35,397 nt of DNA from the IMG/VR virus record IMGVR_UViG_3300001868_000021, positions 1-35,397 of that record. One strand, written 5' to 3'. A program made the position numbers and the translations under genes. Under the pieces are notes generated by a model. It ran no database searches and was not told the origin of the DNA. It worked only from the letters and a program-made list of their open reading frames with translations. Shown piece after piece: positions 27,428 to 35,397 of this stretch (its first letter is position 1; every line of letters begins with the position of its first letter). This DNA is from a virus (Duplodnaviria; Caudoviricetes).

Positions 27428-28123
27428 ATGTATTTCACATTCAAAGGAATTACTTCTACATCGATGGGTGTAATCGTAGAATCAATGAATAATTTTCAGA
27501 AGCCACAACGCAGAAGTGAGATAAAATTAATTGATGGTAAAGCCGGTGCATCGGTCACAGAATATGGCTATGCACCGTATATTATCAAAGCTGTTATCGG
27601 AGTAACTAAGAACGCAGACATTGATGCAATTATCGCATGGTTAGATGGAACAGGCGTTCTTTTGTGTTCTGATGATCAGTTGAAATATCGTAATGTAAGA
27701 GTACTAAATGATATAGATTATGAAAAACTATTACGATTTAAAAAGGCAAAAGTAGAGTTCTATGTTCAGGATCCGTTTCGTTATCTACTTTCCGAATCAG
27801 ACATTACACTAACATCATCAGGTTCAATAACAAACGCTGGTAAAGTTGATTCAATGCCACTGTTAAAATTGACAGGTGCAGGAATAGTAGTACTTACAAT
27901 CGGTAGCCAATCTTTTACTTATATATTCGATACACCTTATGTTTATATCGACTGTGGAAGTTATCTAAATGGCGAATTCAAACAAGAAGCCTACTACGGA
28001 ACAGTTTATAAAAATCGCAAGATGACAGGTGAGTTTCCAAAGTTATTAGTCGGTGCCAACGCTATTTCATGGACCGGCACATTAACTGAATTAGTGGTTA
28101 CGAAACGGACTATGTTTTTATGA
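27428..28123 (+). CDS. Distal tail protein (Dit)
   Basis: YFTFKG..S, I.G, WLDG, PFRY, FPKL..GAN.ISWTG. Confidence 0.85.
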   Translation: MYFTFKGITSTSMGVIVESMNNFQKPQRRSEIKLIDGKAGASVTEYGYAPYIIKAVIGVTKNADIDAIIAWLDGTGVLLCSDDQLKYRNVRVLNDIDYEKLLRFKKAKVEFYVQDPFRYLLSESDITLTSSGSITNAGKVDSMPLLKLTGAGIVVLTIGSQSFTYIFDTPYVYIDCGSYLNGEFKQEAYYGTVYKNRKMTGEFPKLLVGANAISWTGTLTELVVTKRTMFL

Positions 28124-29868
28124 TGAAACTATTTCTTTCAAGCGATACAGTTTTCACTTCAAATGGTGAAAAAATTTTAAATGCGCTTAAATGTATCGAA
28201 ACAAAGACACTAAATGAAGACTGGTTTATTAGCGTTGAATTGCCACTCACTTATGTTTCACTTGTGGTCAACGATTCAATACTGGTTGTATCAACTAAGT
28301 ACGGCGATCAACCATTCAGAGTAATGAATCCGATCGTCGCAAATACGATCACTTTTAAGGCAAGACATATTGGGTATGATCTAGCGAATTATACGATCAA
28401 CGCAACACTGACAGACCTAACTTGCCAAGATGCCATTGCGTTCGTTTTAAGCCATTCTACGCCTGTTGCTAATTACACCGCATTATCAGACATACTCACT
28501 CATTTGACAGTTCCAATGGTCAATATGACTGTCTTAGATGCGCTTGTGTTACTTGCGACCGAATACGGTGGCTATCTTGATTTTAATGGGTTTGAAGTTC
28601 GAATCACATCAACAATTGGCGAAGATCGTCAAGCAGTTATCGCCTATGCTAAGAATCTTGAAAGTGCAACATACTCATCTGATTGGTCGAGTGTTTGCAC
28701 GAAGATAAAACCCATTGGTAAAAACGGACTTCTTATATCCGGCGAATGGTTATCGTCAGATGTTCAATACGATAAACCATACACGAAAGTAGTGACGTTC
28801 GATACCGAAGATGTAACTGAATTGGGCGCACTTGCACAAGCATATATTGATTTAAACAAGTTCCCTAAGGTCAACTATAAAGTTTCATCAGACATTGATA
28901 GTTCACCAAAAGGGTCAAGTAACATTGTTACGATGAACGGTTTGAACATCATTACAAAATTGAATGGGTTAGCATTAAAAACATTCGATCGAAAAGGGAC
29001 AATGATCGGCGATACGATTCAAGTAAACGCTCGACAATTTACCGTTCTTACTACTGTTATGTCATACACTCACAATAACTTAACTGATCAGTTATTGACA
29101 TTGGAATTCGGCAATTATCGCCCAACTGTTAAGAATTTTTACAGTTCAATCACCGCAAGTGCAGTAGCAACAGCCGTTCGAAAAGCATCTATCATGGTTG
29201 ACGATATTGCTGGCACGATTGCACTAAAAGTTGACAAAGACAACATTATCAATCAGATTAACTTATCGACAGAAGGTGCAAAAATAATTGCTAATAACAT
29301 CACGCTGGAAGGTATAGTTACGGCTAACGATTATTTCAAGATCAATCTAGATGGAAGCGTTGAATCAATCGCTGGAAAAATGGGTGGTTTCGATATTGCG
29401 CCTACAAAGTTATATGCCATAGGCGTTGGCATCTCGATTGCTCAACCGAATCAATATGTCATATGGGCAGGAGAAACGAACGGTGCCAACGGCTACCTAA
29501 GTACAGATGCAAAATTCCTTGTTGAATCAAATGGTAAAGTACACGCAGGTGATTTAGATGCTTATGGTGGTTCAATCGGTGGTTGGGATATTGATAACGG
29601 ATCTCTGTCAAGTGGTAACATGACACTTGATTCTGCTAACGGAAGAATATATGTCGGAAGTGGTGCTTATTTATTCAATTACGGCGGAACCAGTGTAATG
29701 GGGCTCAATGGAAGTTTACAAGTACAAGGATCATTGATTGTTTCAGGAAGTGGAGAATTTATTGCCAACGGACAAGCAAGTTTCGCAGCACTAGTAAGAA
29801 TGGCTTTCGGTGGAACACTATACAACATTACTCGTGAATCATCGACTGGATATTTACAGGCACTATAA
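28120..29868 (+). CDS. Tal / baseplate hub tail protein
   Basis: QPFR, YAKNL, T.I.P.GKNG, IGDTI, FGNY, IINQINLS.E; Gly-rich beta C-terminus. Confidence 0.82.
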   Translation: MMKLFLSSDTVFTSNGEKILNALKCIETKTLNEDWFISVELPLTYVSLVVNDSILVVSTKYGDQPFRVMNPIVANTITFKARHIGYDLANYTINATLTDLTCQDAIAFVLSHSTPVANYTALSDILTHLTVPMVNMTVLDALVLLATEYGGYLDFNGFEVRITSTIGEDRQAVIAYAKNLESATYSSDWSSVCTKIKPIGKNGLLISGEWLSSDVQYDKPYTKVVTFDTEDVTELGALAQAYIDLNKFPKVNYKVSSDIDSSPKGSSNIVTMNGLNIITKLNGLALKTFDRKGTMIGDTIQVNARQFTVLTTVMSYTHNNLTDQLLTLEFGNYRPTVKNFYSSITASAVATAVRKASIMVDDIAGTIALKVDKDNIINQINLSTEGAKIIANNITLEGIVTANDYFKINLDGSVESIAGKMGGFDIAPTKLYAIGVGISIAQPNQYVIWAGETNGANGYLSTDAKFLVESNGKVHAGDLDAYGGSIGGWDIDNGSLSSGNMTLDSANGRIYVGSGAYLFNYGGTSVMGLNGSLQVQGSLIVSGSGEFIANGQASFAALVRMAFGGTLYNITRESSTGYLQAL

Positions 29869-29877
29869 AGGAGAAAC

Positions 29878-30018
29878 ATGGAACAAAAAGACTATATCAT
29901 TAATCAACTAGCAATCGCTAAGGCACAAATGGAAGTAAACTTTCACGAATTGAAATATCAATATGACTTAGTGGTTGCAGAGTTAGAAGAATTGAAAAAG
30001 AAAGCAGGTGATGAGTGA
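29878..30018 (+). CDS. Small coiled-coil tail-associated protein (46 aa; not in ORF track)
   Basis: AAGGAG RBS; MEQKDYIINQL...KKAGDE*; TGATG-coupled to the next gene. Confidence 0.65.
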   Translation: MEQKDYIINQLAIAKAQMEVNFHELKYQYDLVVAELEELKKKAGDE

Positions 30019-32216
30019 TGGCAGATGTAAGAATTTCTGAATTAATTGAAAAAACAACATTGGCAGATACTGACCTGATGATTGTTCAAGATACATCTGA
30101 TACTAAAAAAGTAACAGTTGCGTCGCTCAAAAACTGTTTCACAGGGCTATCTGCTTATGATGAATGGTTAGCACTTGGAAACACTGGGACTGAAGCACAG
30201 TTCATCGCAAGTTTAAAAGGTGACAGTGGATCTCCGAAAGGCGTCTATGCCACACTTGCATTACTTCAAGCAGCGTTTCCGACAGGAACGACAGGAGTAT
30301 ATGTAGTTACCGCAGATGGTAAGTGGTATTACTGGTCGGGTTCTGCGTGGGTAGTAGGTGGCACTTATCAAACAACTGGAATAGTGGATGGTAGTATAGC
30401 AGAAAAAATGACCTCATTCTTTTCACTGATCGGTAAAAACATATTTGATAAGTCAAAAGTAACTGGTGGATATTATGTTGATAATACAACAGGTAATTTA
30501 GCAGCTAGTTCACTAAAATCTGCGAGTGATTATATGCCGATTTTGCCAAGTACACAATATGTCTTATCGGGTGATGCAAATGAAAGAATTGCTTTTTACA
30601 ATAATAGTAAAGTATATATCAGTGGTTTATATCCAACAGCCAACATTACATCACCAATAGGTGCCGTATTTGCTAGAGTTTCCTTAGCAACAGCAAATTT
30701 AAACATTGAACAATTTGAATTAGGATCCGTAGCGACTGTTTATGAAACTTATAAACTTACTATGAGTGGCCAATCGCTGGGAGATAAAACAATTCCTTCA
30801 ACTAAATTTGATTTTTTAGTTACAGGTAAAAACTTATTTGATAAATCACTAATGACAGTTGGCAAATATGTGGATAGTACCACAGGGCTATTGATTACAA
30901 ATGCTTCCTATTGGGTTAGTGATTATATTGCAGTAGATTCTAGTAGTAATTATGCTTACAATTATTTTGGCCAAATGGCTTTTTACGATATAAATAAAAC
31001 TTATATATCAGGTATAACAGGTGGTGGAACTGCTGAAAATAAAACTTGTCTTACTCCATCGAATGCAAAATATGCACGATTCTCTACAAAATTGCCTGAT
31101 GTATTTCAAGTTGAAAAAGGTATTGCAACAACTACATACGAAGCATATAAAAAAGTAATACCTAGTAGTTTGCTAAACGACATTAGTATTACGACCGATA
31201 GTTTGTTATTGTTTCTGCCTTCTGAAATATGTGTTGCAGTAGGAAGAACAATCGAACTATACAATAAGCTTGTTTCATGGTGTGGAAATATCAACAATTA
31301 TCATTTTCAATGGGTATGCCAAGTAGGCCATAGTATGAAAAGAAAATTTAGTGTTACCGGAGTAACGATAGGTGAATACCCTTTAACATTGAATGTTTAC
31401 GATAATAATATGCAATTGGTTAAAGTTGCCACAAGCACAGTCAAGGTCGTGTCCAATGTACTATCTACAACTAAAAATATTTTAACAATAGGCGATAGTT
31501 TAGTAAATACTACATCAACCCCTAAACCTTGGATGGGGGAAGTCAGAAGTTTGTCTGCCAGTAAAATTAACTTTGTCGGTACAAGGGGATTGGTTACTGG
31601 AGAAAAACATGAAGGCAGGAGTGGATGGTCGGCAGCAAATTATTTAAGTGGTGTCAGTTATACCTTTGAAAGTGAAGGAGTAAACCCATTTTGGGATGGT
31701 ACTCGTTTTAATTGGAATTATTATAAAACAAATACATCTATTGTACCTAATGCAATTCAAATTTGGTTAGGTATAAATGGTATAGAATTAGACCCCACAA
31801 TTAATGCGAATAACATTAAACAAATGGTAGATTATATCAGACAAGATGATGCAAACATACCTATATCAATTGTATTTACTTTATACAGAGGAAACCAAGA
31901 TGGTTTAGGAGTACAAACTGGTTCCGATGGTTATACAGTAAATCAAGGTGCTTTTGAGTTATGCGAAGATAAAAAGGTATTTGCTCTAATGGATAGGTTG
32001 TATAGTCTGCTAAGTGGTTACACCAAGTTATACTTTACTCCCATAGCTTTAGAAATGGATAGAGATAATAACTTTGGTCAGACTGTAACACCTGTAAATC
32101 CTAGAGCTACACAAACAGAATTATTGCCAGTTGAAGCAACACATCCACAGACACAAGGTTATTTACAAATAGCAGATACACAATTCAGTGTATACGCTAA
32201 ACATTATGCAGATTAA
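30018..32216 (+). CDS. Receptor-binding / tail fibre protein with two tandem modules and a C-terminal SGNH/GDSL esterase
   Basis: N-terminal anchor and SAYDEW..GNTGT motif; GKNIFDKS and GKNLFDKS repeats; GDS, G, GIN and EATHP blocks. Confidence 0.85.
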   Translation: MADVRISELIEKTTLADTDLMIVQDTSDTKKVTVASLKNCFTGLSAYDEWLALGNTGTEAQFIASLKGDSGSPKGVYATLALLQAAFPTGTTGVYVVTADGKWYYWSGSAWVVGGTYQTTGIVDGSIAEKMTSFFSLIGKNIFDKSKVTGGYYVDNTTGNLAASSLKSASDYMPILPSTQYVLSGDANERIAFYNNSKVYISGLYPTANITSPIGAVFARVSLATANLNIEQFELGSVATVYETYKLTMSGQSLGDKTIPSTKFDFLVTGKNLFDKSLMTVGKYVDSTTGLLITNASYWVSDYIAVDSSSNYAYNYFGQMAFYDINKTYISGITGGGTAENKTCLTPSNAKYARFSTKLPDVFQVEKGIATTTYEAYKKVIPSSLLNDISITTDSLLLFLPSEICVAVGRTIELYNKLVSWCGNINNYHFQWVCQVGHSMKRKFSVTGVTIGEYPLTLNVYDNNMQLVKVATSTVKVVSNVLSTTKNILTIGDSLVNTTSTPKPWMGEVRSLSASKINFVGTRGLVTGEKHEGRSGWSAANYLSGVSYTFESEGVNPFWDGTRFNWNYYKTNTSIVPNAIQIWLGINGIELDPTINANNIKQMVDYIRQDDANIPISIVFTLYRGNQDGLGVQTGSDGYTVNQGAFELCEDKKVFALMDRLYSLLSGYTKLYFTPIALEMDRDNNFGQTVTPVNPRATQTELLPVEATHPQTQGYLQIADTQFSVYAKHYAD

Positions 32217-32243
32217 GAATTATAACGAAAGAGAGAAACAAAA

Positions 32244-32645
32244 ATGAATGAACTATTAAAAGAATTAACGCCTTCGCTTATCGCTATTGCAGGTATCTTA
32301 CTAACTACATTAGCATCATGGCTAGGACTACAAGCCAAAGCATATTTAGCGAGTATGGAATCAAGTCAGACGGATACCAAAGTTCGCAAGATTGTCGAAT
32401 CAACGGTATCGTATGTTGAGCAAGTCGGTAAGGCATTAGGTAGCGCAGAGAAGTTAGAACTTGCGAAGGTTACGGCATTGAAATGGCTAAACGAAAAAGG
32501 TTTAGTTGTTAGCGAAGTCGAGTTAAATGTTCTGATTGAATCTACGGTCAACAATTTCTATGCTAATTATAAAGTTACCGATACCGTACCTGTTATCGTA
32601 GAAGGTACTCCGATTGTTGAAGTGGCAAAAGAAGAAGTCAAATGA
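32244..32645 (+). CDS. Holin, LL-H family-like
   Basis: N-terminal TM; V.YVEQ, EKL..A, LIESTV motifs; directly upstream of the lysin. Confidence 0.85.
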   Translation: MNELLKELTPSLIAIAGILLTTLASWLGLQAKAYLASMESSQTDTKVRKIVESTVSYVEQVGKALGSAEKLELAKVTALKWLNEKGLVVSEVELNVLIESTVNNFYANYKVTDTVPVIVEGTPIVEVAKEEVK

Positions 32646-33580
32646 TTCAGGGACAGAAGTTAACAGACCTTCTAGGGAATGAGATATGCTTATTCCCTAT
32701 GAAGACCTTGAACGGATCTCAGTTTATGAATGATAAGTTTACTCATAAGGGTGCAGAATCACTCGACAACGCAGGTGAAGATTCGGGCATTGATAATGTC
32801 TATGCGCCTTGCACAGTTAAATGTTCGAGTAAAGATGTAGTAACGATCGATGGCGTTAATGGTGTCAACTTTCAAACAGTAAAACCAGTCGTATGCGCAG
32901 ATGGAAAGTTACGGCATCTGACATTCCGTTTCATCCACGATAATGACACATCAGACATTGTATTGAATCATGTGTACGCACAGGGTGAACGAATTGCCAA
33001 TGAAGGAACGAAAGGTTTCACTACTGGTAATCACTCGCACATGGGCGTAGGAATCGGTCATATCGAAGGTGCAGCCATTACGATGAATATTTACAGAGTT
33101 TACGAAATGATAAATGAGATTAGTCCGGTGGATGTATTCTTCATGAATGGAACGATTATCAGGAATGGTGGTAGCTATAACTGGAAAACATGGTCAGAAC
33201 CACAGACAACCTATCAAACTCATATCCAAAATATCGGCGATTCACCTGTTGCAAAAGATTGGCAAATTAGTGGTACGGTCGGAGAATCTAAACGACTGGA
33301 AGCAATCATCATTCATGGTCACTGTACCTATCGTACTCACTGTCAGAATATCGGTTGGTCACCGTTCGTGCGTGATTCATGGTCAGGTAGCAAGGGCCGC
33401 GGACTTAGACTTGAAGCAATCGAGATACTCGCAGATGAAGGGTATACGGTTGAAGCACAGGCACATATTGCTAACATTAGTTGGCAACCTATCCAAACAG
33501 GTAAAGATGTAACGATTGGTACAACTGGCAAATCACTGGCAATCGAAGCTGTGGCGATAAAAGTTAGCAGGGTGGGGTAA
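32642..33580 (+). CDS. Endolysin: M23-like peptidase + ChW repeats
   Basis: H...D, VYAP, G.TTGNHSH; three repeats of H.QNIG/S..GT.G...RLEAI.I. Confidence 0.82.
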   Translation: MIQGQKLTDLLGNEICLFPMKTLNGSQFMNDKFTHKGAESLDNAGEDSGIDNVYAPCTVKCSSKDVVTIDGVNGVNFQTVKPVVCADGKLRHLTFRFIHDNDTSDIVLNHVYAQGERIANEGTKGFTTGNHSHMGVGIGHIEGAAITMNIYRVYEMINEISPVDVFFMNGTIIRNGGSYNWKTWSEPQTTYQTHIQNIGDSPVAKDWQISGTVGESKRLEAIIIHGHCTYRTHCQNIGWSPFVRDSWSGSKGRGLRLEAIEILADEGYTVEAQAHIANISWQPIQTGKDVTIGTTGKSLAIEAVAIKVSRVG

Positions 33581-34089
33581 TGGTAAAAGTAAATCAAGTA
33601 GAGAATGGAGTTGGGGATCCGTCGGCTAATGTTTTGCGCTTAGTCGGAAATGCTACGAAGTATATTGAGGAGTTAGTGAGCGTAAATCAGAAAAGTAATG
33701 ATGAAAAGTTAAAGATATATATTGATTCCATCCAACGAGAGAGAGCGCTTGAAACAGCTCGGCTTAATGAACTTCGAGAGGTCGATACCCTTGCGGTGGC
33801 AACGGCTAACGAAAAGGCAAGTAAACAAGCCGAAGTCTTAGCGAAGCAAGTAAGCGAATCCGCCGAAGTTCTGCGTGTATTAGTCGCTCAAACAGCAAAG
33901 ACAATCGCCGACCAATTGGCGCAGATTGTTACGACACATAACACTCGATTTGAGGTGTTAGAGAAAGCCAACTATGAAAATGCGGGTAAGGATAGTTCAT
34001 CCAGTAAAGTTGTTGCATGGATTGCAGGAACTGTTAGTGCCGTTGTAGTTGGTACAATTATGTTATTAATTAATTTAATCGCTAAATAA
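33580..34089 (+). CDS. Coiled-coil protein with C-terminal TM helix (lysis-associated?)
   Basis: TAATG-coupled to the lysin; long helix then VVAWIAGTVSAVVVGTIMLLINLIAK. Confidence 0.7.
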   Translation: MVKVNQVENGVGDPSANVLRLVGNATKYIEELVSVNQKSNDEKLKIYIDSIQRERALETARLNELREVDTLAVATANEKASKQAEVLAKQVSESAEVLRVLVAQTAKTIADQLAQIVTTHNTRFEVLEKANYENAGKDSSSSKVVAWIAGTVSAVVVGTIMLLINLIAK

Positions 34090-34141
34090 CCCTAAATAAT
34101 AGGGTAAATAGTAGTTGAAAAACCCTATAAAATAGTTAATT

Positions 34142-34172
34142 AGGCAGTACTTCGGTATTGCCTTTTTTATTT
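34142..34172 (+). terminator. Late-operon intrinsic terminator
   Basis: AGGCAGTAC-TTCG-GTATTGCCT-TTTTTATTT. Confidence 0.85.
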
Positions 34173-34560
34173 GTAAACTTGTACCATTAGCAAGCGTTAG
34201 AATCAACGGTGAGCGATTTACAGACCGTTACAGCGTGATTACAGATAAACTTGATAACTATGCCTATCTGTGTAAATAATCGTTGTAGCGTGTTTAAATG
34301 AGCGCAACCGTTATCAGTTGCTATTCGGTATAGCAATCAATTTGAGTTGCTATTATGTCAAGTAAATTTGAAATAAACTTGACACTTACAATTGTACTTG
34401 TGTGCGCATAAATCGAAATAAGTTTAGTGAGAGTGTACTTATGTGTAAAAAATGCACAGAACTTACACATGAGTTACAGACATGGGTAAAGTATAGTCGA
34501 AACAGATTGTGAAATCAGAAAGTATTTAGACTATGAACGAAATACGTGGGTAAATGGCAC

Positions 34561-34599
34561 AAAAAAACTACTATCGTTTAGAGTAAATGAGAGTAGTTT
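34561..34599 (-). terminator. Intrinsic terminator of the SHOCT gene
   Basis: AAACTACT...AGTAGTTT stem with A7 at 34561-34567 (U-tract on the minus strand). Confidence 0.7.
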
Positions 34600-34607
34600 A
34601 GAGTAAG

Positions 34608-35081
34608 TTACAAACTTAATAATTGTGATTTCTTCTTTTCAAATTCTTCTTGTGTGATAATTTTCAAATCTCTTAATTCTGCATATTTTTTAATTTGATC
34701 CACAGCATCAACATTATCGTTTTTAGGTGCAATACTCACTGTTTCATAATGTTCAAGTTGTTCTGAAAGTAACGACATAATCAATCTAATGTTTTCTCTA
34801 TTTTTACCCATATCGAATAAACCGCCAAATAATATTCCTGTCTTGGGCGTTGATAGAAATACAACTTTCGAAGTATCATTATTTTTATGAACAGAAACAG
34901 TAATATTTTCACCCCATGATTTCATACTAGCACCTGACTTCAAAAATATTGTCCTAGTTGTATCATCAAAACTATCCATACTAAATTTATTATTTTCCCA
35001 ATCACAATTAAATAGTGCTAGATAAACACTTTCGGGTGCGTAAGAAACATCGACTTCCGAAGTACGATCAACTATTGCCAT
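34608..35081 (-). CDS. SHOCT-domain moron protein
   Basis: C-terminal QIKKYAELRD..IITQEEFEKKKSQLL; SWGENI and D.GKN..NI motifs; opposite strand with its own RBS and terminator. Confidence 0.85.
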   Translation of the reverse strand: MAIVDRTSEVDVSYAPESVYLALFNCDWENNKFSMDSFDDTTRTIFLKSGASMKSWGENITVSVHKNNDTSKVVFLSTPKTGILFGGLFDMGKNRENIRLIMSLLSEQLEHYETVSIAPKNDNVDAVDQIKKYAELRDLKIITQEEFEKKKSQLLSL

Positions 35082-35139
35082 AAAACTTCCCCACTTTCGT
35101 TACATAAATTATATACCTTAATAATTATAAGTGAAATGC

Positions 35140-35162
35140 AATCGTAGCAAGAATCGTAGCAA
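35140..35162 (+). repeat. Putative integrase arm-type sites, right arm
   Basis: AATCGTAGCAA twice at 12-bp period; matches 81-92. Confidence 0.62.
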
Positions 35163-35273
35163 TTCTGAATCCATTTTACTATTAGTGCGTATCAACCTGT
35201 AACACCATGTGTCAAAATGTACCATAAACACTGACTATTATCAATTTGTGTCAACTACAACTACTGATAAAAA

Positions 35274-35283
35274 GTTGTATTTG
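35274..35283 (+). repeat. Putative attR core
   Basis: GTTGTATTTG identical to window positions 1-10. Confidence 0.7.
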
Positions 35284-35303
35284 CGATTTCGTAGTGCTAT
35301 GAT
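35275..35303 (+). promoter_or_regulatory. Host sigma-A promoter overlapping the att core
   Basis: TTGTAT-N17-TATGAT with extended -10 TG at 35295-35296; GGAGG RBS at 35317-35321. Confidence 0.7.
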
Positions 35304-35330
35304 AAATGTAAAGAACGGAGGTACGATTCG

Positions 35331-35397
35331 ATGAGTGAAAACAAGAATAAGAAAGCCTTAGCAGAAACACTAGCTGCGAACCTGGACATTACCAAAA
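35331..35397 (+). CDS. hup: Host gene 5' end, probably HU DNA-binding protein (truncated by window)
   Basis: MSENKNKKALAETLAANLDITK matches the HU helix-1 pattern NK..L...A......K; only 22 codons visible. Confidence 0.6.
   Translation, partial: MSENKNKKALAETLAANLDITK

Larger units (their letters stand above)
34089..34606. repeat. Non-coding cluster of heterogeneous inverted repeats
   Basis: At least eight distinct palindromes or hairpins (see findings); no ORF of 60 aa or more in the track. Confidence 0.7.
1..35283. mobile_element. Temperate siphovirus prophage (HK97-type head, probable cos packaging), apparently complete
   Basis: Canonical module order from integrase to lysis; bounded by direct repeat GTTGTATTTG (1-10 and 35274-35283); host-like gene follows. 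Confidence 0.93.

Noticed and set aside
30018-32216. Diversity-generating retroelement or invertible tail-fibre system
   Set aside because: No reverse transcriptase or invertase gene; the internal repeats are diverged protein duplications, not adenine-specific TR/VR pairs.
34089-34606. CRISPR array, integron attC array or tRNA
   Set aside because: No repeated unit with regular spacers, no consistent attC core/inverse-core pairs, and no cloverleaf with a T-loop consensus.

Overview
The window looks like one essentially complete ~35.3 kb temperate siphovirus prophage of a low-GC Firmicute (Erysipelotrichales-like host is only a guess). Gene order: tyrosine integrase; cI/cro switch with three palindromic operators; Xis-like gene and antirepressor; small early ORFs; SbcC-like ATPase, RecT, MBL nuclease, RusA and replication initiator; orphan DNA methyltransferase; SSB-like, HAD and DUF5664 genes; putative late activator; metallophosphoesterase; HNH/TerS/TerL; HK97-type head; short non-contractile tail with a -1 frameshift chaperone; SGNH-esterase receptor-binding protein; holin, M23-ChW endolysin and a third membrane protein; and a SHOCT moron. 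The 10-mer GTTGTATTTG opens the window and recurs at 35274-35283, where it contains the -35 box of a promoter for a probable host HU gene. The phage therefore appears to integrate inside the hup promoter. The least explained segment is a ~520 bp non-coding region (34089-34606) packed with unrelated palindromes and zig-zag inverted repeats. All calls come from manual reading of motifs and synteny; no database searches were run.
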